Shown here piece by piece: positions 35,224 to 43,066 of a stretch of 46,680 bases of DNA (position 1 is its first letter; the number at the start of each line of letters is the position of its first letter). The notes beneath the pieces are model-generated. The model saw only the letters and a list, made by a program, of their open reading frames with translations, did not search any database and was not told the DNA's origin. This stretch comes from Candidatus Troglogloeales bacterium (lineage in GTDB: Bacteria > Nitrospirota > Nitrospiria > SBBL01 > SBBA01): positions 1 to 46,680 of the forward strand of contig JACPZM010000063.1 in assembly GCA_016195485.1 (NCBI GenBank). The letters are read 5' to 3'. Both the position numbers and the translations under genes were made by a program.

Positions 35224-36086
35224 TCAACGGCCCTTTCCGGGTTCATTGGGAGGGTTACCGTAAACACGGTCCCCCCGCAAAGCTTGCTTTTTACCTCAAT
35301 CGTTCCACTATGTGCTACGATGGCATTATATACTATTGCAAGACCTAGGCCAGTTCCTTTGTTTTTTGTGGTAAAAAATGGATCAAATATTTTAGACAAC
35401 TGGTCCTCCGGTATCCCGCAACCAGTATCGGAAACCAAAATTTGTACCTGCCTGGTCCCAGCCACAGCATCAATGGTAAGATGACCCTCTTTTGGAAGGG
35501 CATCAATTGCGTTTAATATCAAGTTCACAAAAATCTGTCTTAATAGGTCTTCATCACATAAAATCGGTTCTGTGAGAGATTCAAGCGATAAAACAAATTT
35601 TATCTCCTTTTGTTGGAGGAGGTGAACAGCAAAAAGAGAGGCCTCTTCGATCACCCTTTTTAAGTCGGTCTTTTGAAAATGGGGGCTTGGTTTTCCGGTA
35701 AAAAAAAGCATATTGGTAAGCGCGTAATCCATCGCGGAAACGGCCGTCTGAATATGTTCCGCCCAAGACTGCTTCTCTGGCTCTTCCAACCCCTTCTTTA
35801 ATAGAGAGGCGAAAAGCTCGATGCTTCCGAGCGGATTGCGAAGCTCATGGGCAATGCGCGCAGACATCTCTCCCACGGCGGCCAAACGCTTATTGCGCTC
35901 CGCTTGTTCACGAAGCTTATCCTGTTCCATCGTGCTTTCTTGAAGCGCCCTGTTTTTGATCTCCAACTCGTCTTTAAGATGCCGCACCTGCCCCTCCAGT
36001 AATCGATAGCTTTTTTCAAGCTCCGTCGAGGTCGCATTAAAGCGGCGAATCGCCTCTTCCAACAGTTCTACGTTTTCTTTGTCCAT
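35220..36086 (-). CDS. Soluble histidine kinase without a sensor domain (coiled coil + HisKA + HATPase), FlrB/FleS/FlgS-like by context
   Basis: H-box SARIAHELRNPL, N-box NLILNAIDA, G-boxes DTGCGI and GTGLGLAIV. No TM helix. Only about 70 aa of coiled coil precede the H-box. Confidence 0.9.
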   Translation of the reverse strand: MDKENVELLEEAIRRFNATSTELEKSYRLLEGQVRHLKDELEIKNRALQESTMEQDKLREQAERNKRLAAVGEMSARIAHELRNPLGSIELFASLLKKGLEEPEKQSWAEHIQTAVSAMDYALTNMLFFTGKPSPHFQKTDLKRVIEEASLFAVHLLQQKEIKFVLSLESLTEPILCDEDLLRQIFVNLILNAIDALPKEGHLTIDAVAGTRQVQILVSDTGCGIPEDQLSKIFDPFFTTKNKGTGLGLAIVYNAIVAHSGTIEVKSKLCGGTVFTVTLPMNPERAVE

Positions 36087-36100
36087 GGGATTCTTTATCC

Positions 36101-36129
36101 CATAGGTGCAGGGTCTCCCTGCCCCTATG
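36101..36129. repeat. Family 2 palindrome at the TPR-767 stop
   Basis: CATAGGTGCAGGG-tct-CCCTGCCCCTATG, a 13-bp stem with one mismatch. Contains the TAG stop. Confidence 0.7.
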
Positions 36130-38428
36130 AAGGATTCATTTTCTCGCTTGCAATCTGTCGTATGAGGAGGTTTTTCGTTTTTTGTGAGACATTTTCAAAA
36201 TATTTTTTCCCCTCTTTTTCTTGTCCAGATAATTCATAGCTCGTCGCTAATCGCAACCTGGCCCATTCCATCTCCTTTTCTCCCACATTGCCATCTTCTA
36301 AAATCGACCGATAGGACGCAATGGCCTTTTTATATTGCGCCGATTGAAAATAGGTATCCGCAAGCCTCATGTAAGGAACGTCTAATCCTGCTTTCTCTCT
36401 CTTTCCTTCCGCAATCCATCTTGAGTAAACTTTAATTTCATTGTCGAAATCGTTCAGGTATCGATACGCCTCCGAAAGTTTGAGGTAAATATCGGCGCGA
36501 TCTGGGTGTTTCGAAAAATGTGATAACCACCGCTCATACGCTAAAACGGCCTTGGGCGAGTCCCCCCGCTTAAAGTGAAGATGTCCGAGATCGGCATACG
36601 CCTTCTCCCCCTCTGGGGAGAGTCGTTGATATTCTTCCAGTGCCTGTTGCGCCTTTCCATAATCGGAAAGCGCCAAGGACGCCTTTCCGATTTGATAAAT
36701 AGCCTCTTTCCAGAGCGGATATCTTACGTTTTCGGAGACCGGCTTAAGCAGGGCAACCCCTTTGGAGAGAAGGCCTGTCCTGATATGGCTCATGGCAATG
36801 ATATAGCCAATCTCTCCATTTAACATCTGCTTTGTGAAGGCGGCTGGATAAGCATAATAGAGGGTCACGATTTTCTCCGGATCGCGTATGGTCTCAAATT
36901 GAGTCGCAATCGTCTCGTGAAGGGTACTTTCCACCTCTTGAATGTAAGGCGAAGAAACAGGCAGATTGATCAGCAGGGTGGTTTCAATCTCCACAACCGC
37001 TTCAATTTCTTTATACTTCTTTAACTGGTAAATAGCATCCAGGATAATTCCCTGCGCGGTGGTAGAAGGAGGGGCGCTGTTCAGGAGATCAATCGCATTC
37101 GTCTTTATGCCCTCAAGAAGATCTAAACGTAATTGAGACGGAGGATAAAAAGCCTCTTCCGCCAATGGCCTATTGCAGGATTGCGGCACCCCCACATCTT
37201 GCATTTTAAGAGAAACGGTTTTCAAACATTTCTGAATCGCCTCCATTGCTAAAAGAATTCGACCCAAATTGGATGCAGGGTCGTTGGCGGAAGCACGAAT
37301 CGATTCTAAAGCAAGACGCCGCAAGCTGTCATCAATAGAGGGAAAATGAGGCGTTACCAGAGTAACCTTTTGCATGTGGGACGCTGCTCGCCTCGCTTCC
37401 ATCGCCTCCCGTGTCGCCTTTTTTCCCACCGGCCCAACGAGGTCGGTATTACCGCCGGGGGCCGGCGCCGCCAGAAGTGTTTTTTCTCGGACCAACGCGA
37501 CTGCGGCAAGCGTATGCTTTGGATAAATGTTATAAAAGTCCAGAAACGCAGATTTCGCATCCTGATGATGGCGCGTGCGGTACGCGGCCTCGCCGAATTG
37601 AAAAAGGGCTGCAGGGTCTGAAAATCGATAGGAGGGTGCAGCCGTTGCCGCCTTTTTATAGCTCTGATAGGCCTCCTCAAATTGACCCATTTGATAGAGG
37701 GCATCGGTCTGCCCAAACAAGGCGATAGAGGTCGTTTCGGGGGAATATGCCCCACGCAGTAACCCCCCGTAAGCCTCCTTGGCTTCCGCCCATTTTCCCC
37801 ATGCCTGATACGCCTTGGCAATTCCAATTTTGGCCTGCAAGGTAATCGGATCATCAAGCCCCCGTGCCACAATCCGCTTAAAACTTCCAATCCCCTCGTA
37901 AAAAAGCCTTTGACGTGTATAAATCTCTCCCATTCTCAGGTAACCAAATGTAACGCGATCCGACTTCGGGTACGCCAGAACTGCTTTCTGGAAAGAAGAC
38001 ATCGCCTGGGGAATCGCCTCTTTATCGTCCTTTTCCGCTTGCTTTAAATAAAACTCGCCCAAAAAGTAGGCGGCCACTTCGGCCACACTCCCCTTTTCTT
38101 TGAGTAAACGTTTCGTTTCTGAAATGGCGCCAGAGATGTTGTCAGCACGATAGGCCTTCAATGCCTCCCGCAGTGTGGCCGCATCATTTTTAGTCAGAAA
38201 AGGAGAAAAGTCTTGTTCAGCAAAACGAGACGGCTTCTTTTTGGGAGGGATTTTCTCTAATTTCTTGTCCGCAGGCAAAATAACCCGCCTTATAGAGGGA
38301 GTACGGGCGGCCCGCAGGGGCACGGCATGCCGCGCCCCTGCCTTTTTGGGTAAATCGACAGCAATCGCAATTGCACAAAGACAAAGGGTAATCATCGCGA
38401 CAATAGTAATCTTTAAAATGCCCTTCAT
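36125..38428 (-). CDS. Large secreted tetratricopeptide-repeat protein (767 aa), paralogue of 38541..40685
   Basis: Sec-type signal (MKGILKITIVAMITLCLCAIAIA|VD). Multiple TPR-like helix pairs (A..Y..A...YP motifs). Collinear similarity to the neighbouring 714-aa protein at both N- and C-terminal thirds. Confidence 0.85.
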   Translation of the reverse strand: MKGILKITIVAMITLCLCAIAIAVDLPKKAGARHAVPLRAARTPSIRRVILPADKKLEKIPPKKKPSRFAEQDFSPFLTKNDAATLREALKAYRADNISGAISETKRLLKEKGSVAEVAAYFLGEFYLKQAEKDDKEAIPQAMSSFQKAVLAYPKSDRVTFGYLRMGEIYTRQRLFYEGIGSFKRIVARGLDDPITLQAKIGIAKAYQAWGKWAEAKEAYGGLLRGAYSPETTSIALFGQTDALYQMGQFEEAYQSYKKAATAAPSYRFSDPAALFQFGEAAYRTRHHQDAKSAFLDFYNIYPKHTLAAVALVREKTLLAAPAPGGNTDLVGPVGKKATREAMEARRAASHMQKVTLVTPHFPSIDDSLRRLALESIRASANDPASNLGRILLAMEAIQKCLKTVSLKMQDVGVPQSCNRPLAEEAFYPPSQLRLDLLEGIKTNAIDLLNSAPPSTTAQGIILDAIYQLKKYKEIEAVVEIETTLLINLPVSSPYIQEVESTLHETIATQFETIRDPEKIVTLYYAYPAAFTKQMLNGEIGYIIAMSHIRTGLLSKGVALLKPVSENVRYPLWKEAIYQIGKASLALSDYGKAQQALEEYQRLSPEGEKAYADLGHLHFKRGDSPKAVLAYERWLSHFSKHPDRADIYLKLSEAYRYLNDFDNEIKVYSRWIAEGKREKAGLDVPYMRLADTYFQSAQYKKAIASYRSILEDGNVGEKEMEWARLRLATSYELSGQEKEGKKYFENVSQKTKNLLIRQIASEKMNPS
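38314..38341. repeat. Family 2 palindrome inside the TPR-767 CDS
   Basis: GCAGGGGCACGGCATGCCGCGCCCCTGC, 28 nt with one mismatch. The 18-nt centre is nearly identical to 34007..34024. Translated as GARHAVPL. Confidence 0.8.
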
Positions 38429-38511
38429 TTGGTTCCCTCGCCGGTCGCAGGGGTCGCACCCCTGTCTTCACGCCTTTATCCCCGGCACATTCCTTCCCAC
38501 CCATATAATCA

Positions 38512-38527
38512 AGCAAAAATAATGCCG
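38512..38527 (-). promoter_or_regulatory. Candidate sigma-54 (-24/-12) promoter
   Basis: Minus strand reads cGGCATtatttTTGCTt against the consensus TGGCAC-N5-TTGCW, with the canonical 12-nt GG-to-GC offset. It lies 14 nt after the upstream TPR stop and about 85 nt before ATG 38428. Confidence 0.5.
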
Positions 38528-38540
38528 TATTAGTTATGCC

Positions 38541-40685
38541 CTACTCTTGTGCAGGCGAGGTTCCTACCCCTCTCCGCTCTTCTTGTGCCTTTGCTTGTCG
38601 AAAATCAATATCTTTCTTCGTCGGGGTCGCTCTTGCAACCCCCTGCAGGCGTTCTTTCTCTGCCTTCAAATCCGCATCTCTATCCCCTGCCGTCTTCTTG
38701 ATGATTGGTGTCTTTGCCTGTTCCGCAACCTCCTGAAAGATTTTTTCCGCATCATTTTTTCTCCCAAGGGCAAGGTACGAAGCCCCCACCCGAAGTTTCG
38801 CCCAATCAAGCTCCTTTTTATTTTTTTCCACCTTCAACGCCCGCTGATAATACTGGATGGCGCTTCCATACAGCTTTTTCTCATAGTAGGCATCCGCAAG
38901 CCCTATATAAGGGCGTTCGGACTCCTGTTTTGTCTCCCCAATCCATTGCAAATAAATTTTAATTTCATTATCTATTTTTTTCTTGAGTCGGTAGTCGCCC
39001 GCAAGCTTTGGATAGACTGATTTGCGGTCGGCATGTTTCGGGTAGTAACCCAACCACTTCTGGTAAGCATTGATTGCGAGATCGACCTTTCCCTGCAGGT
39101 TGTAGAGATTTCCCAACGGTAATAGTGCGTCGGTCCGCTTGGGATATCGAGCCAGAAACCCCTCCAGAACATTTTGGGCTTCCGGGTATCGCCCCATCTG
39201 GACCAAGAGGGTTCCCATATTATAAAATGCCTCCTCCGACTTCGGATATTTGACATTGACAGCGATCGGCCTGAAATATTCAATCGCATCGGATAAAAGC
39301 CCCAACTCCATGTGGCTTTTGGCAAGCTTGAATCCAACCTCTCCATCCATCTTAGAGGGGGGGAACGCCTTCCGAAAACGATGATAGAGCGTGACGACCT
39401 TCTGGGGATCCTCAAGCGAATCAAAATGCTCTAAAACGGTTTGGTGAAGATACGATTCAGCAAAGGGAAGGTAAGGAGAGAGCGCCGGGAGAAGCGGGAT
39501 CATCTCCCCATAAAGACTTTCCGCCCTATCAAAAGAGATATGGCGTCTCATTTCCATCAGTCCATCCAGAACAGCGGCCTGCGCGGTGGTGGTAAAAGGT
39601 CTATCTAAGAAAACCGATTTTGATTCTGCTTCAATATGTTTTATGCTTTGGCGAACCGTTTCAGATTCGCAAGGGTTTGGACAATTTAAAGAGGCCAAGC
39701 GGCCCGTTGCGGCAATGATCTTCGCCACTTTTGTCTCCGGGAATGTAGACTCCATCAAATAGATTCTGTCCGTCAATTCCTGCGCCGCTCCAACGTCTCC
39801 CTTCGTTCTCACAATATTTGAAGTCAGCGCGATGGCCAGGGTTGCAGTAGGATCGTCCGGAAATTTTTTATAAACTTTCTGAAAGATGGCCTTCGCGGGA
39901 TCTGGATGGCCGCTACGGTAAGCCGCTTCTCCATAGTGGAAATAAAGTTCAGGGTCTCCACCCTTTATGCGGGAACCTGGGATGAGCGCGTCCGCAAACT
40001 GATACCGCGCATAGGACTCTTCGAATCGACCCAATTCGAACAAGGCGTCTGCATAGAGAAACACCGCCTTTTGTTGATTGGCAAGGGAAGGATTCAACGC
40101 GGCCAATAGCGGATAGCTGCGTACGACCTCATCCCATCGCCTCAACCCTCGAAAGGATTGCAGGAGGCCGACCTGCCCTGAAGCGGCGTAGGGTGTTTGA
40201 GGGTATCGCGCGACCACGCGCGTAAAACTCCCAGAGGCCTCCACATATTGTTTTTTGCCCAGATAAAGGTTCCCTCGTTTCAGGAGGGCCAGATCGGCAT
40301 TTTCCGTTCCCGGGTATTTACGAAGAACCATTTCAAGGGCATTTTGCGCATCTTTGAGTTCCATCCCTTCCCCTGATCCGGCCGCTTCCCAACGCCTGAA
40401 ATAGAAATCTCCCAAGAGCGACGTCGCCGTTTCAGCAAGCGCTTTTTTCCCCGCAAGCTGCTTCGTCTCAAGTATGGCATGATCCAGATCGCCCTTGTGA
40501 TAGGCGTCTAACACCGGTTGAAACGATTTTATAAGCCCTGTTGGAATCATTGTAAATAGGTCATCCTCTCCTTTTGTGGGCAAGGTTTCTGGATAAACCG
40601 GTTCTGCGTGGGTAAAAACGATAAAAACCCAGAGTGCAGATAGAAAAATCTGTTTGCCCACAATATCTCTTCGGACTATTGACAT
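38541..40685 (-). CDS. Large secreted tetratricopeptide-repeat protein (714 aa), paralogue of 36125..38428
   Basis: Signal peptide (IFLSALWVFIVFTHA|EP) and TPR-like repeats throughout. The ATG overlaps the EBP stop (TAATG). Confidence 0.85.
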   Translation of the reverse strand: MSIVRRDIVGKQIFLSALWVFIVFTHAEPVYPETLPTKGEDDLFTMIPTGLIKSFQPVLDAYHKGDLDHAILETKQLAGKKALAETATSLLGDFYFRRWEAAGSGEGMELKDAQNALEMVLRKYPGTENADLALLKRGNLYLGKKQYVEASGSFTRVVARYPQTPYAASGQVGLLQSFRGLRRWDEVVRSYPLLAALNPSLANQQKAVFLYADALFELGRFEESYARYQFADALIPGSRIKGGDPELYFHYGEAAYRSGHPDPAKAIFQKVYKKFPDDPTATLAIALTSNIVRTKGDVGAAQELTDRIYLMESTFPETKVAKIIAATGRLASLNCPNPCESETVRQSIKHIEAESKSVFLDRPFTTTAQAAVLDGLMEMRRHISFDRAESLYGEMIPLLPALSPYLPFAESYLHQTVLEHFDSLEDPQKVVTLYHRFRKAFPPSKMDGEVGFKLAKSHMELGLLSDAIEYFRPIAVNVKYPKSEEAFYNMGTLLVQMGRYPEAQNVLEGFLARYPKRTDALLPLGNLYNLQGKVDLAINAYQKWLGYYPKHADRKSVYPKLAGDYRLKKKIDNEIKIYLQWIGETKQESERPYIGLADAYYEKKLYGSAIQYYQRALKVEKNKKELDWAKLRVGASYLALGRKNDAEKIFQEVAEQAKTPIIKKTAGDRDADLKAEKERLQGVARATPTKKDIDFRQAKAQEERRGVGTSPAQE

Positions 40686-41800
40686 TATTTCTTTACAACC
40701 CCCTCTTTTTCTATCCCTCGTCGTTTCAGCTTCTCAACCAGCGTAGTTCGATTGAGTCCCAAAAGGACGGCGGCACGGCTCTTCACGCCATCCGCCTTTT
40801 TCAATGCCTGTTGAATCATCTGATTTTCAAAATCTTCAACAAGTTTTGTGAGGGAAATTCCTTCATCGGGTATTTCAAAACCGGTTTCCGTCGTGGGGGC
40901 GCCGCTTGCTGCGTCCATCTCGTACAGCAAGGGTACGTTTGGTGAGGGCGCAGCAAGCGGCGCCCCTACGGATTCCTGAAAGGGCATCGTGACGCCTGCG
41001 GAGGCGATTATGCTGTTTTGTGTTTCAGTTATTTTCTCCGGGAGATCTTCCGGGTTAATGAGTCCTTCGTCTTTTAAGACAACAACCCGTTCAACGATAT
41101 TTTCCAGTTCCCTGATATTCCCAGGCCAAGGATATCTCATTAAAATGCTCCTCGCTTCGCTCCCGATTCCTGTAATCGCCTTTTGTTTTGTTTTATTAAA
41201 TTTTTCCAGAAAATAATCGATTAAAAGAGGGATATCTTCTTGTCGGTTCCGAAGGGGCGGAAGTATAAGGGGGATCACGTTGAGCCGATAGAAAAGGTCT
41301 TTGCGAAACCGTTTCTCTAAAACAGCCTGTTCTAAATCAATGTTGGTCGCGGTAAGAATACGGACATTGACTTTAATCGATTTGGTTCCCCCGACCCGCT
41401 CAAACTCCCGCTCCTGAATGGCGCGTAACAGCTTTACTTGCAGGGGATAAGGCATTTCACTGATTTCATCGAAAAAAAGGGTTCCGCCGTGCGCCAGCTC
41501 AAATCGCCCCAGTCTTGTGTTCATGGCGCCGGTAAAAGCCCCTTTTTCATGGCCAAACAATTCACTTTCCAGAAGGGCCTCCGGGATCGCTCCGCAATTG
41601 ATCGGAATAAATAGTTTGTCTGCTCGAAGCGATTGGGAATGAATCCTTTTGGCAACAATCTCTTTCCCCGTCCCGCTCTCTCCGCAAATTAAGACGGTAC
41701 TGTCGCTGTCTGCAACCTTATCAATCAGGTCAAAAACCTTCTTAATGCCCGGAGATTGACCAATCATATCGATCTTATTTTTCGTTGAAGAAAAATCCAT
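40685..41800 (-). CDS. Sigma-54 enhancer-binding protein lacking any N-terminal regulatory domain (AAA+ + Fis-type HTH only)
   Basis: GESGTGKE, GAFTGA, and C-terminal HTH AAVLLGLNRTTLVEKLKRRGI. The AAA+ domain begins about 12 aa after ATG 41800. Even the maximal ORF (TTG 41929) adds only 43 aa. The predicted promoter lies between 41929 and 41800. Confidence 0.9.
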   Translation of the reverse strand: MDFSSTKNKIDMIGQSPGIKKVFDLIDKVADSDSTVLICGESGTGKEIVAKRIHSQSLRADKLFIPINCGAIPEALLESELFGHEKGAFTGAMNTRLGRFELAHGGTLFFDEISEMPYPLQVKLLRAIQEREFERVGGTKSIKVNVRILTATNIDLEQAVLEKRFRKDLFYRLNVIPLILPPLRNRQEDIPLLIDYFLEKFNKTKQKAITGIGSEARSILMRYPWPGNIRELENIVERVVVLKDEGLINPEDLPEKITETQNSIIASAGVTMPFQESVGAPLAAPSPNVPLLYEMDAASGAPTTETGFEIPDEGISLTKLVEDFENQMIQQALKKADGVKSRAAVLLGLNRTTLVEKLKRRGIEKEGVVKK

Positions 41801-41831
41801 ATCTATGCGCCAATGCAAGACTGTCGAGTAT

Positions 41832-41859
41832 ATTCTATCAGATTCCTTATGGGTGTCAA
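41832..41859 (-). promoter_or_regulatory. Candidate sigma-70 promoter for the domain-less EBP
   Basis: Minus strand reads TTGACA (41859..41854), 16 nt, TAGAAT (41837..41832), about 30 nt upstream of ATG 41800. Confidence 0.5.
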
Positions 41860-41958
41860 CTATTAGACACTGACAAGGCCACGTCATTGTGCAGTTAAAG
41901 TCATTGAAATATCGTGAATCCTTACACAATCAAAATCGTCGTTCCCGAAATGTTTCAT

Positions 41959-42002
41959 CGGGAATCCAGAATGTAAAAAAATCAACACTGTCTGGATTCC
42001 CG
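41959..42002. repeat. 12-bp perfect inverted repeat with a 20-nt AT-rich spacer in the divergent EBP/galU intergenic region
   Basis: CGGGAATCCAGA (41959..41970), N20, TCTGGATTCCCG (41991..42002). The left arm overlaps a second inverted repeat, TTCCCGA (41942..41948) / TCGGGAA (41958..41964). Confidence 0.8.
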
Positions 42003-42093
42003 CTTTCGAGGCAATGACGCCATTGTGGGTGGCTTTGAGGTGGCCTTGATGAGGCAATGCGGTGTCTTGACTTCACTCGCGCCCTTTTCTAAT

Positions 42094-42993
42094 ATGAAAC
42101 CTGTGACGGGAAAGACAGTATCGCCAAAACCGATTCGAAAAGCAATTATTCCAGCAGCAGGATTAGGGACACGATTTCTCCCCGCGACCAAATCCTCCCC
42201 AAAAGAGATGCTCCCCCTCGTTGATAAACCCCTTATCCAATATGTGGTTGAAGAGGCAGTTGCATCGGGCATAGAGCAGATCATTATTATCACGGGCCGA
42301 GGGAAGAGGGCGATTGAGGACCATTTTGACGTCTCGTTTGAATTGGAAGAGACTCTGAAACAACAGAAAAAATACCACGTTTTAAGCGAGCTTAGAAAAA
42401 TCTCGGGACTGGCTAGTTTTTGTTATATCCGGCAAAATGAGTCGCGCGGCCTGGGACATGCCATTCTATCTGCGAAACATTTTATGGGAGACGATCCTTT
42501 TGCAGTTTTATTGGGGGACGAAATTATGAACGCTCCTATTCCAGCCTTGAAGCAGATGATCGATCTTTATCAGACAAACCCTACCTCCTTCATTGGCGTT
42601 CAAAAAGTGCAAAAGAGCGAGATCCACCAGTACGGCGTTATTGACGCAACACCCACGAATCATCCAAGCCTTTATAAAATTAAAGGCCTGGTTGAAAAAC
42701 CTTCTGCTGCGGATGCCCCTTCCGATCTTGCGATTATCGGGAGATACCTGCTTTCCCCCGATATTTTCGATATTTTAGAAAAGACACAACCGGGAAAGAA
42801 TAACGAGATTCAACTCACCGATGCCTTAAATCAGCTTGCACATCTTACGCCGATGTTTGGAACAATGATTTCCGGCCACCGATTTGATGCCGGAGATAAG
42901 CTGGGTTTCTTGAAAGCAACGGTAGCGATGGGTTTACAAAATAAGGAGATGGGAGAGGAATTTAGAAAATATTTAAAGGGGTTGTCTTTGTAG
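42094..42993 (+). CDS. galU: UTP--glucose-1-phosphate uridylyltransferase GalU
   Basis: KAIIPAAGLGTRFLPATKSSPKEMLP and VEKP motifs. ATG 42094 gives the canonical N-terminus. ATG 42049 (GAGGTG SD) is an alternative that adds 15 aa. Confidence 0.93.
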   Translation: MKPVTGKTVSPKPIRKAIIPAAGLGTRFLPATKSSPKEMLPLVDKPLIQYVVEEAVASGIEQIIIITGRGKRAIEDHFDVSFELEETLKQQKKYHVLSELRKISGLASFCYIRQNESRGLGHAILSAKHFMGDDPFAVLLGDEIMNAPIPALKQMIDLYQTNPTSFIGVQKVQKSEIHQYGVIDATPTNHPSLYKIKGLVEKPSAADAPSDLAIIGRYLLSPDIFDILEKTQPGKNNEIQLTDALNQLAHLTPMFGTMISGHRFDAGDKLGFLKATVAMGLQNKEMGEEFRKYLKGLSL

Positions 42994-43066
42994 TGGCGTG
43001 ATTCATCACGCCCAAAGAGGGCGCAATCAATTGCGCCCCTACAGAAAAACGATAGGATAAACAATA

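Noticed and set aside
42066-42094. TTGACT-17 nt-TAATAT promoter-like motif on the plus strand upstream of galU.
   Set aside because: The -10 element overlaps the preferred galU ATG (42094). It would only work for a leaderless or downstream GTG start. That is too ambiguous to call without transcription start data.
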